The translations under genes were made by a program, and so were the position numbers. The notes beneath the pieces are model-generated. The model had not been told where the DNA came from, searched no databases, and saw only the letters and a program-made list of their open reading frames with translations. A stretch of DNA of 64,000 nt from the NCBI GenBank assembly GCA_964535505.1, contig CAZHUH010000002.1, positions 52,814 through 116,813 on the forward strand, written 5' to 3'. Position 1 is the stretch's first letter. Each line of letters starts with the position of its first letter. Positions 37,466-46,888 of this stretch are shown piece after piece. This stretch comes from an uncultured Oscillospiraceae bacterium. Lineage in GTDB: Bacteria; Bacillota; Clostridia; Christensenellales; CAG-314.

Positions 37466-38215
37466 TTATTCTGCGTCTCCTTCCTCTTTATTTGCTTTTG
37501 CAACTTCTTCGTCTTCCGGTGCTGTCATAACGGTGCCTTCTTTGGCTTCGATAACCGCTCCGCTAATAATAGAAGCAATAACTTTGATCGCACCGATAGC
37601 GTCGTCGTTCGCGGGGATAACAACGTCAACTTGGTCGGGATCGCAGTTGGTATCTACGATTGCAACGATGGGAATGTTGAGTGCGTGTGCTTCCGCAACC
37701 GCAATGGCTTCCTTTTTGGGGTCTACAATAAAAATACAACCGGGCATACCCTTCATATCTTTGATGCCGCCCAAATTGGCTTGCAATTTGTCGCGTTCTT
37801 CAAGCATTTTTGCAACTTCTTTCTTGGGGAAGTTATCCAATTCGCCCAACTTCTCCATTTGGTTGATTTTGTTGAGTCTTTCGATACGCGTTTTGATTGT
37901 TTTGTAGTTTGTAAGCATGCCGCCCAACCAACGGTTGTTTACGTAGAACATTCCGCAACGTTCCGCTTCCGTTTTGATGGCTTCTTGCGCTTGCTTTTTG
38001 GTGCCTACGAACAAAATAGGCTTGCCTTGTGCTGCAATGTCGCGAACGAAGGTGTAAGCGATTTCTGCCTGAGCAACCGTTTGTTGAAGGTCGATGATGT
38101 GTATATCGTTACGTTCGGCGTAGATATACTTTTTCATTTTGGGGTTCCATCTTCTGGTTTGGTGACCAAAGTGCACGCCTGCTTCCAGAAGTTGTTTCAT
38201 TGATACAACTGCCAT
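37466..38215 (-). CDS. rpsB: 30S ribosomal protein S2
   Basis: [27 protein letters not shown] is the canonical S2 N-terminus. Confidence 0.98.
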   Translation of the reverse strand: MAVVSMKQLLEAGVHFGHQTRRWNPKMKKYIYAERNDIHIIDLQQTVAQAEIAYTFVRDIAAQGKPILFVGTKKQAQEAIKTEAERCGMFYVNNRWLGGMLTNYKTIKTRIERLNKINQMEKLGELDNFPKKEVAKMLEERDKLQANLGGIKDMKGMPGCIFIVDPKKEAIAVAEAHALNIPIVAIVDTNCDPDQVDVVIPANDDAIGAIKVIASIISGAVIEAKEGTVMTAPEDEEVAKANKEEGDAE

Positions 38216-38497
38216 TTTTATATTCTCCTTTTTGTTGTTTTTAACCTCTTCGTGCCGTACTGCCCAAAACCAGGAAAACTTGAAAACCGATTTTGAAAAC
38301 GCACCTGCAACGCACTTTTTGGAAGATTGGTTGAACTTCCGTGCAGCAACTATACTGCGGCTTTTTGCGCGGTGGCTTTTGCGCTCTCAAAAAATTTTGT
38401 GATTTCTTGCGGTTTATTGGCAAACTCTGCCCGCAACTCGGCGGCAAAACCGAGCACAACGAACAAATATTGCACGAATGCGAATTAAACCTAATAG

Positions 38498-38526
38498 ATT
38501 ATAGCACAAGGCAATTTGTTTTGCAA
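38498..38526 (-). promoter_or_regulatory. Strong sigma-A promoter for rpsB-tsf, giving a 5'UTR of about 275 nt
   Basis: On the minus strand: TTGCAA (38526-38521), 17-nt spacer ending in TGC, then TATAAT (38503-38498). Confidence 0.6.
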
Positions 38527-38603
38527 CTAAATAATATATATATTTTATAGGAAAATTAACAATAACACTGACGTTAAAACACGGCAAAATTTTGAAAAAG
38601 CGT

Positions 38604-38640
38604 GAAAAATGCCGTTTTGCGGAAGTGCAAAACGGCATTG
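38604..38640 (-). terminator. Intrinsic terminator after the DUF1292 gene
   Basis: On the minus strand: AATGCCGTTTTGC-N6-GCAAAACGGCATT followed by TTTTCACGC. Confidence 0.75.
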
Positions 38641-38652
38641 GAGTCAAACTTG

Positions 38653-39081
38653 TTAGTCTTCGTCGTGGTGGTCGCAATCGTCGTCGTGTTCGCAACCGCA
38701 GTCGCAGTCGTCGTCTTCGCATGCGTCTTCGGAAGCGACCAAAAGCAATTTTTCGTACAAAATGTCGTACAAATCGTCGTCAACAGGGTCGAGCATGTCG
38801 TAGAATTGTCCGTCTTCTTCTACCGTGTTGATTTGGAAAATTTCTATTCCGTCTTCGTCCTCTTCCTCCGCAGGTTGCAAAAAGACGTATTCTTTGCCTT
38901 CGTGCTCCATGTTGTAGACGTAGTTAAATGCCACTTCGTTGCCGTCGGCATCTTGCAACATAACTACTTCGTCTTCGCAGCCGCAGTCGCAATCGTCATC
39001 GTGTTCGCAACCGCAGTCGCAATCGTGTTGGTGTTGTTCGTGTTCGTGGTCGCAGCCACAGTCGTGTTTGTGTTCAGACAT
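38653..39081 (-). CDS. DUF1292 (UPF0473, YrzB-like) protein with Cys/His/Asp-rich N- and C-terminal tails
   Basis: 142 aa from MSEHKHDCGCDHEH, with an AGGAGA SD. The core VVMLQDADGNEVAFNYVYNMEHEGKEYVFLQP...DDLYDILYEKL is DUF1292-like. It lies downstream of ruvX as in Bacillus. Confidence 0.8.
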   Translation of the reverse strand: MSEHKHDCGCDHEHEQHQHDCDCGCEHDDDCDCGCEDEVVMLQDADGNEVAFNYVYNMEHEGKEYVFLQPAEEEDEDGIEIFQINTVEEDGQFYDMLDPVDDDLYDILYEKLLLVASEDACEDDDCDCGCEHDDDCDHHDED

Positions 39082-39342
39082 AATTTTCTCCTTTTTTTTC
39101 GTCTTTATCAACAATACAAAGCAAGCGCGACGCAAGTTTTGTATTCTTTTTATTTTGTGTTTGTTCAAGCGAAGATTTTGTTCGCCCTTGCGTTTTTCGT
39201 TGTGCGAAATCGGTTACCGTTTTGAAGTAAAATTCGCAAAACATTTGGATATCAAAGCCATATCAATAAACTGTTGCAAAATACACCAAAATATCGTTGA
39301 CGTTTGAAGTCGTTTGGCAAGACAATGTTTTTTGAAAACGCC

Positions 39343-39759
39343 TTAACGCTTACTGTCGAGGTAATTTTGCAAAATAATTGTTGCCGCAACTTTGTCTATC
39401 ACTTTTTTGCGCTTTTCGCGGCGCACGTTGCCATCGATAAGCACGCGTTCGGCAGAAATTGTGGTAAAACGCTCGTCCATATACTTCACGGGAATTGCCG
39501 TGTGCGAACAAAGTTCTTCCACAAACTGCCGCGTTTTGAGCGTCTGTTCGTTTTCGTGACCATTTAGTCCCAAAGGCAAGCCGGAAACAAAAAGTTCCAC
39601 TTCATGCAGATTTGCCAAATCGACAATGTATTGTGCGTCTTTCGAAATATCGCCGCACCGTGTGTAAGTTTCCAACGGGTTGGCAATGACGTGCATCAAA
39701 TCGGAAACGGCAATGCCTATTCGCACGTCGCCAACGTCTAAAGCCATGATTCTTCCCAT
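39343..39759 (-). CDS. ruvX: Putative pre-16S rRNA nuclease / Holliday junction resolvase-like protein RuvX (YqgF)
   Basis: IMALDVGDVRIGIAVSD ... DERFTTISAE is typical of YqgF. The start is at 39759 or 39747. The 288-aa ORF-track extension was rejected. Confidence 0.9.
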   Translation of the reverse strand: MGRIMALDVGDVRIGIAVSDLMHVIANPLETYTRCGDISKDAQYIVDLANLHEVELFVSGLPLGLNGHENEQTLKTRQFVEELCSHTAIPVKYMDERFTTISAERVLIDGNVRREKRKKVIDKVAATIILQNYLDSKR

Positions 39760-39971
39760 AGTAACTACATTGTAACACAAAAAACAAAATATCAACAGCC
39801 TTTTGGGGAAAAATTTTCGCAAAGATTTTGACGACAAATTTGCAAGTGCGAATTTTCGGGCAACAATTGGCATCCTAGAATAACACAAACACTGGTTGCG
39901 GGCATGAACATTTTGCACGTGTTCTCGCATGCGTGGAGCCGCAACCAAACACGCCGCCGACTGCGCAAGCC

Positions 39972-40094
39972 CTACTTCACCATTTTTTTTACTTCTTTTT
40001 TGCCTTTTTCCAAAAAGTTTTTTACCGCAGGAATCTCGCTCAAAGCCAAACCCGCCGCAGCGCCCAGAGCCATTGCAATAATAAGATTCTTCAT
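39972..40094 (-). CDS. Small hypothetical membrane-anchored protein (40 aa)
   Basis: A GGAGGTG SD lies 6 nt upstream of the ATG. The sequence MKNLIIAMALGAAAGLALSEIPAVKNFLEKGKKEVKKMVK has one hydrophobic helix and a basic tail. Confidence 0.45.
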   Translation of the reverse strand: MKNLIIAMALGAAAGLALSEIPAVKNFLEKGKKEVKKMVK

Positions 40095-40534
40095 CAAAAG
40101 CACCTCCTTTGAGGGTAGTTTGCGCAAATGTCGCAAAAGATATGCCCATAACGATGGAACAAAAATGCCGAAGAAAATTTGCCTTGCCGCCGCCAAAATT
40201 TTGAAGCAATAATGGATGATACGCAATTTGTATTTATGCAAAAAGGTGTATGCGCGAGCTTAAACATATTTTTTGAAATTTTGAATCTTCACCTCGACAT
40301 TTGATAAAGAACCAAACAAAAATGCGCCCTGCGAACGCAGAGCGCAAGTAACTATTATTTTTAGGCGACACAAATACAATTTCAACAAGGTTAAGAACCC
40401 CCTCATTGCAATGTTCTTCGGCAAGCAAAGCCAAACAAAATACTTTCGAAAATGCTTGGATAAGGATCTGCTTTAACCTTTCTGTGATACAATTTTGAGC
40501 ATACGTATATTCAAAAAGTGTAACACAAGGCACT

Positions 40535-40945
40535 TTACACAAATTCAACTTCGTCGGGATTATCGGTTTTTTGTTTGCCGTCTTTCTTTGCGCGGTAGTC
40601 TTCAATAGCCTTTTTGATGGCTTCTTCCGCCAAAACGGAGCAGTGAATTTTTTGTGGAGGCAAGCCTTCCAACTCTTCAACAACGCGAGCGTTGGTAAGT
40701 TTAAGCGCTTCATCAACCGTCATGCCGATAACCATTTGCGTTGCCGTGCTGCTGGTTGCAATGGCTGCCGCACAGCCGAACGTTTGAAACTTTGCATCGA
40801 CGATAATGTCGTTTTCGATTTTAAGTGTTATTTTCATGATGTCGCCGCAAGTGGCGTTGCCAACCATGCCTTCGCCGTCGGCATTTTCGATAACCCCAAC
40901 ATTTTGAGGATGGGCAAAAGCGTCCAAAACTTTTTGATTATACAT
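40535..40945 (-). CDS. nifU: Fe-S cluster assembly scaffold NifU/IscU
   Basis: The three scaffold Cys contexts are present: GNATCGD, FGCAAAIA and IHCSVLA. Confidence 0.93.
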   Translation of the reverse strand: MYNQKVLDAFAHPQNVGVIENADGEGMVGNATCGDIMKITLKIENDIIVDAKFQTFGCAAAIATSSTATQMVIGMTVDEALKLTNARVVEELEGLPPQKIHCSVLAEEAIKKAIEDYRAKKDGKQKTDNPDEVEFV

Positions 40946-42119
40946 TATACGTTCCTCCTGTTTTAACGTTGAACAGCGGCGACATTTCGCGCAGCTTGGA
41001 TATTGTGTCTTTCAACACGTCGACAGTGTAGTCCACTTCTTGCATAGTGTTGTTTTTGCCGAAAGAAAACCTAATGGATCCGTGGGAAATTTCAATTGGA
41101 ACACCCATTGCAAGCAATACGTGCGATGGGTCGAGACTGCCCGAACTGCACGCCGAACCGCTGGAAACGGCCACTCCGTGAAAATCCATAAGCATCAAAA
41201 TGCCTTCGCCCTCGACAAATTCGAAACTAAAATTTGCCACGCTAGGCACGCGATATTCTTTGTTACCGTTGAAACGCACGTAGGGAATTTCCGCTAAAAC
41301 CCTTTCCACAAAATGGTCGCGCAAAGCGGCAATGTGTGCATTGTTTTGTTGCAAATTTGCTTGGGCAATTTCCAACGCTTTTGCCATGCCCACAACGGCC
41401 GGTGTGTTTGTGGTGCCGCCGCGTTGCGAACGTTCTTGTCCGCCGCCGCAAATAAGTTTGTCTAGCCTTATGCCATTGCGAATATACAATGCGCCAACGC
41501 CCTTGGGTCCGTAGAACTTGTGCCCCGAAATGGTCATAAGGTCAAACCCCATTTCCTTCACGTCAATTTTCATGTAGGGAATTGCTTGAACGCAATCGCT
41601 ATGGAACAAAGCGCCGTGTTTGTGAGCTACTTCGGCAAGTTCTTTTACCGGTTGAATTGTGCCAACTTCGTTGTTGGCGTACATAACGGAAACAATTGTC
41701 GTTTGGTCATCGATGGCTTTTTCCAAATCGGCAACGGAAACGCGTCCTGTGCTGTCAACAGGCAACTTTGTAACCCGAAAACCTTCTTTTTCCAACCATT
41801 CGGCAGCTACCAAAATCGCGTGGTGCTCGATTGCCGAAATGATAACGTGGTTGCCCTTGTTTTTGCGGGCAAGCGCGGCGCCCTTCAAAGCCCAGTTGTC
41901 CGCCTCGGTGCCGCTACCGGTGAAGTAAAGCTCATTGGAAGAGCAGTTGATTAGGCGCGAAATTGTTGCGCGAGCATCGGCTACGGCTTTGGCTGTGTCG
42001 CGGCCGAACACATGCTGACTGTCGGCATTGCCGAACTCGTCGGTGAAATAGGGCAACATAGCGTTGAGAACTTGCTTGTCGCAAGGGGTTGTTGCCGCAT
42101 GGTCTAGATAAATCTTCAT
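40938..42119 (-). CDS. nifS: Cysteine desulfurase (NifS/IscS type)
   Basis: The PLP-Lys motif SGHKFYGPKG and the active-site loop SSGSACSSG are present. Confidence 0.95.
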   Translation of the reverse strand: MKIYLDHAATTPCDKQVLNAMLPYFTDEFGNADSQHVFGRDTAKAVADARATISRLINCSSNELYFTGSGTEADNWALKGAALARKNKGNHVIISAIEHHAILVAAEWLEKEGFRVTKLPVDSTGRVSVADLEKAIDDQTTIVSVMYANNEVGTIQPVKELAEVAHKHGALFHSDCVQAIPYMKIDVKEMGFDLMTISGHKFYGPKGVGALYIRNGIRLDKLICGGGQERSQRGGTTNTPAVVGMAKALEIAQANLQQNNAHIAALRDHFVERVLAEIPYVRFNGNKEYRVPSVANFSFEFVEGEGILMLMDFHGVAVSSGSACSSGSLDPSHVLLAMGVPIEISHGSIRFSFGKNNTMQEVDYTVDVLKDTISKLREMSPLFNVKTGGTYNV

Positions 42120-42381
42120 AGAAAATCCTCACAAATACTGCTTTTGTTGTGTTGTTTTGAAATTTATTGTGCCAAACAAATACGCTTTTGATGTTTTGAT
42201 TTTGGCATAAAATCGTAAGTGGGCGAACAAGTTTTTGTGCTGTTTCGATTTTTTCGCAATATAAGTTAAAAAACTGTCGGTGTTTTGCCTTCCGCACACA
42301 GGCGGCGGCGAAAATGCCTGATCAATTACAGAAATGGCGAAAAAACGTTGTTTTCGTGGAAAAACTTACCCGAAAAACGCA

Positions 42382-42786
42382 CTAGACGTTGTCTTTGGCA
42401 AGTTGTTCGAGAGAAATTGTATCTAAATAGGTATTGATGTTTTCGTACAGCTTTTTCCATAAATTGTGCGAAACGCAGTTGCATTTTGCGCTGCAATTTT
42501 TGTGCAGGCAATCGACAATTTCCAAATTGTCTTCCACCGCGCGGAGCACCTGCCCAACCGTTATGTCTTGTGGGCTTGCGGCAAGTTTGTAGCCGCCCAA
42601 AGCACCGCGCGACGAAACGACGATTTTCTCCCTTTTCATCAAAGCGATGATTTGTTCCAAATATTTTTCCGTAACGCCTGTTGCTTGCGCCAAAACGCAC
42701 ACCGGAGCCACTTCCGTTTCGGAATATCTTTTTGCAAGTTCCACCGCCACATACAGCCCGTACCTTGCTTTGGATGACATTTTCAT
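42382..42786 (-). CDS. Rrf2 family transcriptional regulator (IscR/CymR-like, Cys-rich cluster-ligand region)
   Basis: The MKMSSKARYGLYVAVELAK wHTH N-terminus and the CLHKNCSAKCNC region are present. It lies upstream of nifS-nifU. The ORF track start at 42867 was rejected. Confidence 0.88.
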   Translation of the reverse strand: MKMSSKARYGLYVAVELAKRYSETEVAPVCVLAQATGVTEKYLEQIIALMKREKIVVSSRGALGGYKLAASPQDITVGQVLRAVEDNLEIVDCLHKNCSAKCNCVSHNLWKKLYENINTYLDTISLEQLAKDNV

Positions 42787-42929
42787 AGTGTGTTTTTCAA
42801 ATGCGCTTGAAGGCGCAAACTTTGTGTATGTTGCCGAAGTAATCGGCGAATGCGCAATTGTGAACATTGTAACATGAATTGTATGTTGCAGTCACGCTGT
42901 TACATTGCAAAACATCGCGCACGCCAAAT

Positions 42930-42946
42930 CCTACTGATTTACTAGG
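42930..42946. promoter_or_regulatory. Imperfect 17-bp palindrome CCTACTGATTTACTAGG upstream of the Rrf2 gene (candidate operator)
   Basis: 6 of 8 arm positions are complementary. It lies just upstream of a TGACTG-N17-TACAAT promoter-like element on the minus strand (about 42877-42905). Confidence 0.3.
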
Positions 42947-43113
42947 AATAGTTTACCATAATGATTGCCCTTCGTCAATCGTTTTAAGCAAATATTTGAA
43001 AATACGTTAAAATTCGCCGCAAAATAGTGTTGCGACGATTAAACGCAAGATAGAAATAGGTTGTATATAGAAAAATATAATTGTTTGGGGAGTTTCCGAA
43101 AAGAAATATTGCA

Positions 43114-43137
43114 ACAAAAAGGGCTGCAATGCAACCC
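43114..43137 (-). terminator. Possible terminator downstream of trxA
   Basis: On the minus strand: GGGTTGC-ATT-GCAGCCC followed by TTTTTGTTGC. It lies about 180 nt after the stop. Confidence 0.4.
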
Positions 43138-43313
43138 GTGTTTTTGTGTTAGAAATGTCCTACAATAACATTGGAATGACAAAAATCAAACATCAAAATC
43201 TCCGCAAAATGCGGCTTTCGATAATGTTCGCATTTGGAGAATAGTTTCACTTTCACCCCCAACATTTGGCAAAAGCCTTTTTGTGTTAGAAATGTGATTT
43301 GACCATCAGCAGT

Positions 43314-43625
43314 TTACAGTTGTTTTTTGATGGTTTCGGAAAGTTCGTCGGCATCACACAGGCCTATGATTCTATTCACAAGTACGCCGTTTTTGAAAAT
43401 GCAAACATTGGGAATGGACATAATGTTGAATTGTTTCGCAAGTTCGGGGGCGTTGTCTACATCTACCTTGCCGAATTTTGCTTCGGGGATAGATTCAGCG
43501 ACTTCGTCCAAAATTGGGGCAAGCATTCTGCAAGGTCCGCACCAAGTTGCCCAAAAATCCACCACTACGACTCCGTCTTTGGTAAATTCGTCAAAGTTTT
43601 TTGCTACATCGGGTAAATTGCTCAT
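43314..43625 (-). CDS. trxA: Thioredoxin
   Basis: 103 aa with the WCGPC active site and an AGGAGA SD. The ORF track N-terminal extension was rejected. Confidence 0.95.
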   Translation of the reverse strand: MSNLPDVAKNFDEFTKDGVVVVDFWATWCGPCRMLAPILDEVAESIPEAKFGKVDVDNAPELAKQFNIMSIPNVCIFKNGVLVNRIIGLCDADELSETIKKQL

Positions 43626-43746
43626 TTGTTGTTCTCCTTTTTTATATTTTGCAGATATTTTCAAGAATAATAAGGTTTTGTGTCGTTTCAGTGCGTTGTG
43701 AGTAAACAACGACCGAAAACAGCGCAAAAACGCTTGAATTGTCATA

Positions 43747-43809
43747 AAAACTCGTGTTTTTGCTGTATTTTACTAGATTGCCGCGTCGCTACGCTCCTCG
43801 CAATGACGA
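43747..43809 (+). repeat. Intergenic repeat of about 63 bp, copy 1 (copy 2 at 43936-43998, about 75% identical)
   Basis: AAAACTCGTGTTTTTGCTGTATTTTACTAGATTGCCGCGTCGCTACGCTCCTCGCAATGACGA versus AAAACTCGTATTTTTTTCGTATTTTATTGGATTGCTTCGTCATTACGCTCTGCGAAACGACGA. Confidence 0.85.
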
Positions 43810-44106
43810 TAAAAATTATACGCTTGCGTCGGAAGTAAATTATACAGTCAAACTGTCGGGCACAAGGTGCGGACCGTCGAGGTCGCATTCCCTGCCGTAT
43901 CTCTTCAACAACAGCAATAATGCTTTATATTCCACAAAACTCGTATTTTTTTCGTATTTTATTGGATTGCTTCGTCATTACGCTCTGCGAAACGACGAAA
44001 GAGGAGTGGAATTTCGAAACAAGTTTAATGACGACGGAATTGGGCTTTTGAAAAATCCTAATTACGGTCGGAATTAGCCTTTATGCCGATATTTAGTTAT
44101 TTTGTC

Positions 44107-44574
44107 CTACTCTTTTTTGTCAGAAGTTTGCGGTTGTTCCGTTTCGGGGTTTTGCATATAAGAGTTTGCCGTTGCAATGATGGATTTCATAATCGGCGAA
44201 AGCATCCATTTGTGTTTACGGACCTTGTCGATAAGTACAACTACGCCAAATCCCAACGCCAAGCCGCCCAAAAACATAAGCAATGCGCCCCAAGCCGGGA
44301 AAGCAAGGGCAAAGCCGACAAACATAAGCACCAAAGCCGGCACAATGGGCAAAATGTAAGCCACCAATGCCAACGACGCACTGTTTCCTTCGGGAATTTC
44401 CACCGAAACTGTGTCGCCGACTTGGGCATTTAGGGTATTTTCCACAAAGAAATCTACGTGTTTTTGTTTTTCCGTCATGCCGCATTTTCCGCAAGCTGCG
44501 CAAGCGGAATTTCGTCCTATGCGCACACAGGCGAATTGGTCTTTACACTGCACTACAACACCGTTTTCCGTCAT
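44107..44574 (-). CDS. RseC/MucC family (SoxR-reducing system component-like) membrane protein
   Basis: N-terminal Cys-rich beta domain (CVRIGRNSACAACGKCG) followed by two TM helices. Confidence 0.75.
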   Translation of the reverse strand: MTENGVVVQCKDQFACVRIGRNSACAACGKCGMTEKQKHVDFFVENTLNAQVGDTVSVEIPEGNSASLALVAYILPIVPALVLMFVGFALAFPAWGALLMFLGGLALGFGVVVLIDKVRKHKWMLSPIMKSIIATANSYMQNPETEQPQTSDKKE

Positions 44575-44823
44575 AAGCTTTTCCTTCTTTTTGCATTTTT
44601 TTGCGGCGGCAAAACCAAACGAATCGGGACAACAACATTTAAGTTGCGCCGTTCGAGTAATGCCGTTTGAATTTTGCGCACACCCGAAAAAAGATTCGGT
44701 TGCACCATTCTTTTGCGCCGCTTTTGCCTAGCCGTTACTTTGCAAAAGGGACATTTGTCACTTTGGCAAAGGGTTACGCACAGCCGAAATTCACATTTTT
44801 TACCACACGTTACCGCGAAATTG

Positions 44824-46110
44824 TTACAAAATGTACTTTTTGAGGTTTCTAGATTCGGTACGGAAATTGTTGAGAACGTACTGTTGATCGATAACCACCG
44901 TTTGCGTTGCGCCTTCTTCGGCAATGTCGTAGGAAATGTCTTCCACAATGTGTTCCATTATGCTTTGCAAACGTCTTGCGCCGATGTCTTCCAAAGTGTT
45001 GTTTTGGTCGTACGCCACGTTGGCAATTTCTCTGATACCGTCTTGCGTAAATTGCAAATCGATGCCGTCTACTGCCAGCAGTTTTTGGTACTGCGAAGTG
45101 ATGGAGTTCTCCGGCTCGGTGAGAATTTTTACAAAATCATCCACGTTGAGGCTATCCAATTCCACCAAAACGGGAAAACGCCCTTGCAATTCGGGGATTA
45201 AATCGGAAACTTTGCTTACGTGGAATGCGCCGCTGGCGATAAACAAAATGTAGTCGGTTTTGATGTTGCCGTACTTTGTGGAAACGGTGCAACCCTCGAC
45301 AATAGGCAAAATGTCTCTTTGCACGCCTTCGCGCGAAACATCGGGACCATTTTGCGAAGATTTGCCGGCGATTTTATCCATTTCGTCTATGAAAATTACT
45401 CCGTCGTTTTCTGCACGATGCAACGCTTCGCTTTCAACGCTATCCAAATCGATGAGTTTTTCGCTTTCTTCTGAGGAATAGAGTCTCAACGCTTCTTCTA
45501 CCGTTACGGTGCGTTTTTTGTACTTTTTGGGCAAAACTCCGCCGAAAATACTGCCGAGATTTATCTCGCCACCGCCGCCTGCTTGTAATTCCAACGGTTT
45601 GGGCATATCTTCAACTTGAATTTCCACCTGCATTTGATCCAGTCTGTGAGCGGAAAGTTCATCCACCAAGGCGCCTTTGGTGATTCCTTCGGGCAAATCT
45701 TTGTTTTGTTTGAGCAGAATGTCGGCGATGCGATCCACCGCACGTTGAAATGCGCACGCCTCAACCTCTTTGTATCGTTCGTCCTTTACCAAGCGAATGG
45801 CAACTTCCACCAAATCGCGTACCATGCTTTCGACATCGCGCCCGACATAGCCAACTTCCGTGTACTTTGTGGCTTCAACCTTCAAAAACGGCGCCTTCAC
45901 TATGCGAGCCAATCTGCGGGCGATTTCCGTTTTGCCCACGCCTGTGGGACCTTTCATAATTATATTTTTGGGGGTGATTTCTTCCCTATCGGCAAGCGAC
46001 AATTTGCTTCGGCGATAACGGTTGCGCAACGCAATTGCCACCGCCTTTTTTGCTTGAAACTGACCGATGATGTATCTATCCAATTCGGCTACTATTTGTT
46101 TAGGTGTCAT
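44824..46110 (-). CDS. hslU: ATP-dependent protease ATPase subunit HslU
   Basis: MTPKQIVAELDRYIIGQ, Walker A GPTGVGKTEIARRLA and Walker B FIDEMDKIA are present. Confidence 0.96.
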   Translation of the reverse strand: MTPKQIVAELDRYIIGQFQAKKAVAIALRNRYRRSKLSLADREEITPKNIIMKGPTGVGKTEIARRLARIVKAPFLKVEATKYTEVGYVGRDVESMVRDLVEVAIRLVKDERYKEVEACAFQRAVDRIADILLKQNKDLPEGITKGALVDELSAHRLDQMQVEIQVEDMPKPLELQAGGGGEINLGSIFGGVLPKKYKKRTVTVEEALRLYSSEESEKLIDLDSVESEALHRAENDGVIFIDEMDKIAGKSSQNGPDVSREGVQRDILPIVEGCTVSTKYGNIKTDYILFIASGAFHVSKVSDLIPELQGRFPVLVELDSLNVDDFVKILTEPENSITSQYQKLLAVDGIDLQFTQDGIREIANVAYDQNNTLEDIGARRLQSIMEHIVEDISYDIAEEGATQTVVIDQQYVLNNFRTESRNLKKYIL

Positions 46111-46336
46111 AATTTCTCCTTATAAATATTTTGGAACTGCACGTTCGACGCACCTTCGTGGTGGGCGGCGTATGGTACCTTGTAAACTTTGTTCACGAAC
46201 CGCAAACAAAATAATTGACTATTCGGCCAAAAAAGACCTGCGACGAAGTGGAAATAACACCGCTCGCGCTATTGCCTTCGGCAGTGTTATTTGCCTTGCA
46301 ACCGGTATTATTGCCTGACGGCAAGACAAACTTCTA

Positions 46337-46888
46337 CTACGCTTCTTCCACCGTAATGTGTCCGTTTGTAAACACGCAAATTTCACTGGCAATTTCCAAC
46401 GCTTTGCGAGCAATTTCCGAGGCAGTTAGTTCCGTGTTGCGCAAAAGCGCTTTTGCCGCAGCCAGCGCATAGTTGCCGCCGCTGCCGATGGCGCACACTC
46501 CATCGTCCGGTTCGATAACGTCGCCTGCGCCGGAAAGCAGCAAAATGTTTTCTTTGTCTGCAACAATCATCAAAGCTTCCAACTTGCGCATGACGTTGTC
46601 TCTGCGCCACAACTGCGCCACTTCAACAGCAGAGCGCAACAAGTTGCCGCTGAATTTTTGCAGCATTTCCTCGAACTTTTCCGACAAGATAAAGGCGTCT
46701 GCCGTTGTTCCCGCAAAACCGGTTATTACACTGCCGTTGAAAATGCGGCGCACCTTAACGGCGTTGCCTTTCATAATTACATTTTCCCCCTGCGTAACTT
46801 GTCCGTCGCCTGCGACGGCAATTTGTCCGTTACGCTTTACGGCGCAAATGGTTGTTCCTTTGATTGAATCGGCAAAAACTTCCGACAT
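46337..46888 (-). CDS. hslV: ATP-dependent protease subunit HslV
   Basis: The [23 protein letters not shown]-terminal Thr protease signature is present. The start is uncertain (46888 or 46906). Confidence 0.95.
   Translation of the reverse strand: MSEVFADSIKGTTICAVKRNGQIAVAGDGQVTQGENVIMKGNAVKVRRIFNGSVITGFAGTTADAFILSEKFEEMLQKFSGNLLRSAVEVAQLWRRDNVMRKLEALMIVADKENILLLSGAGDVIEPDDGVCAIGSGGNYALAAAKALLRNTELTASEIARKALEIASEICVFTNGHITVEEA

Noticed and set aside
39343-40209. 288-aa ORF-track version of ruvX, and the 171-aa and 324-aa N-terminally extended versions of the DUF1292 and tsf ORFs
   Set aside because: The conserved N-termini and good SD sequences sit at internal Met codons. The upstream extensions are non-conserved-looking read-through of spacers.
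40234-40716. 160-aa minus-strand ORF overlapping the nifU 3' end
   Set aside because: It is out of frame with the well-supported NifU/IscU gene and extends into a spacer. It has no SD or motifs.
43754-44077. 107-aa plus-strand ORF between trxA and the rseC-like gene
   Set aside because: The ORF is generated by reading through two copies of an intergenic repeat (LPRRYAPRNDD / LLRHYALRNDE). It has no SD. I interpreted it as a repeat element, not a gene.
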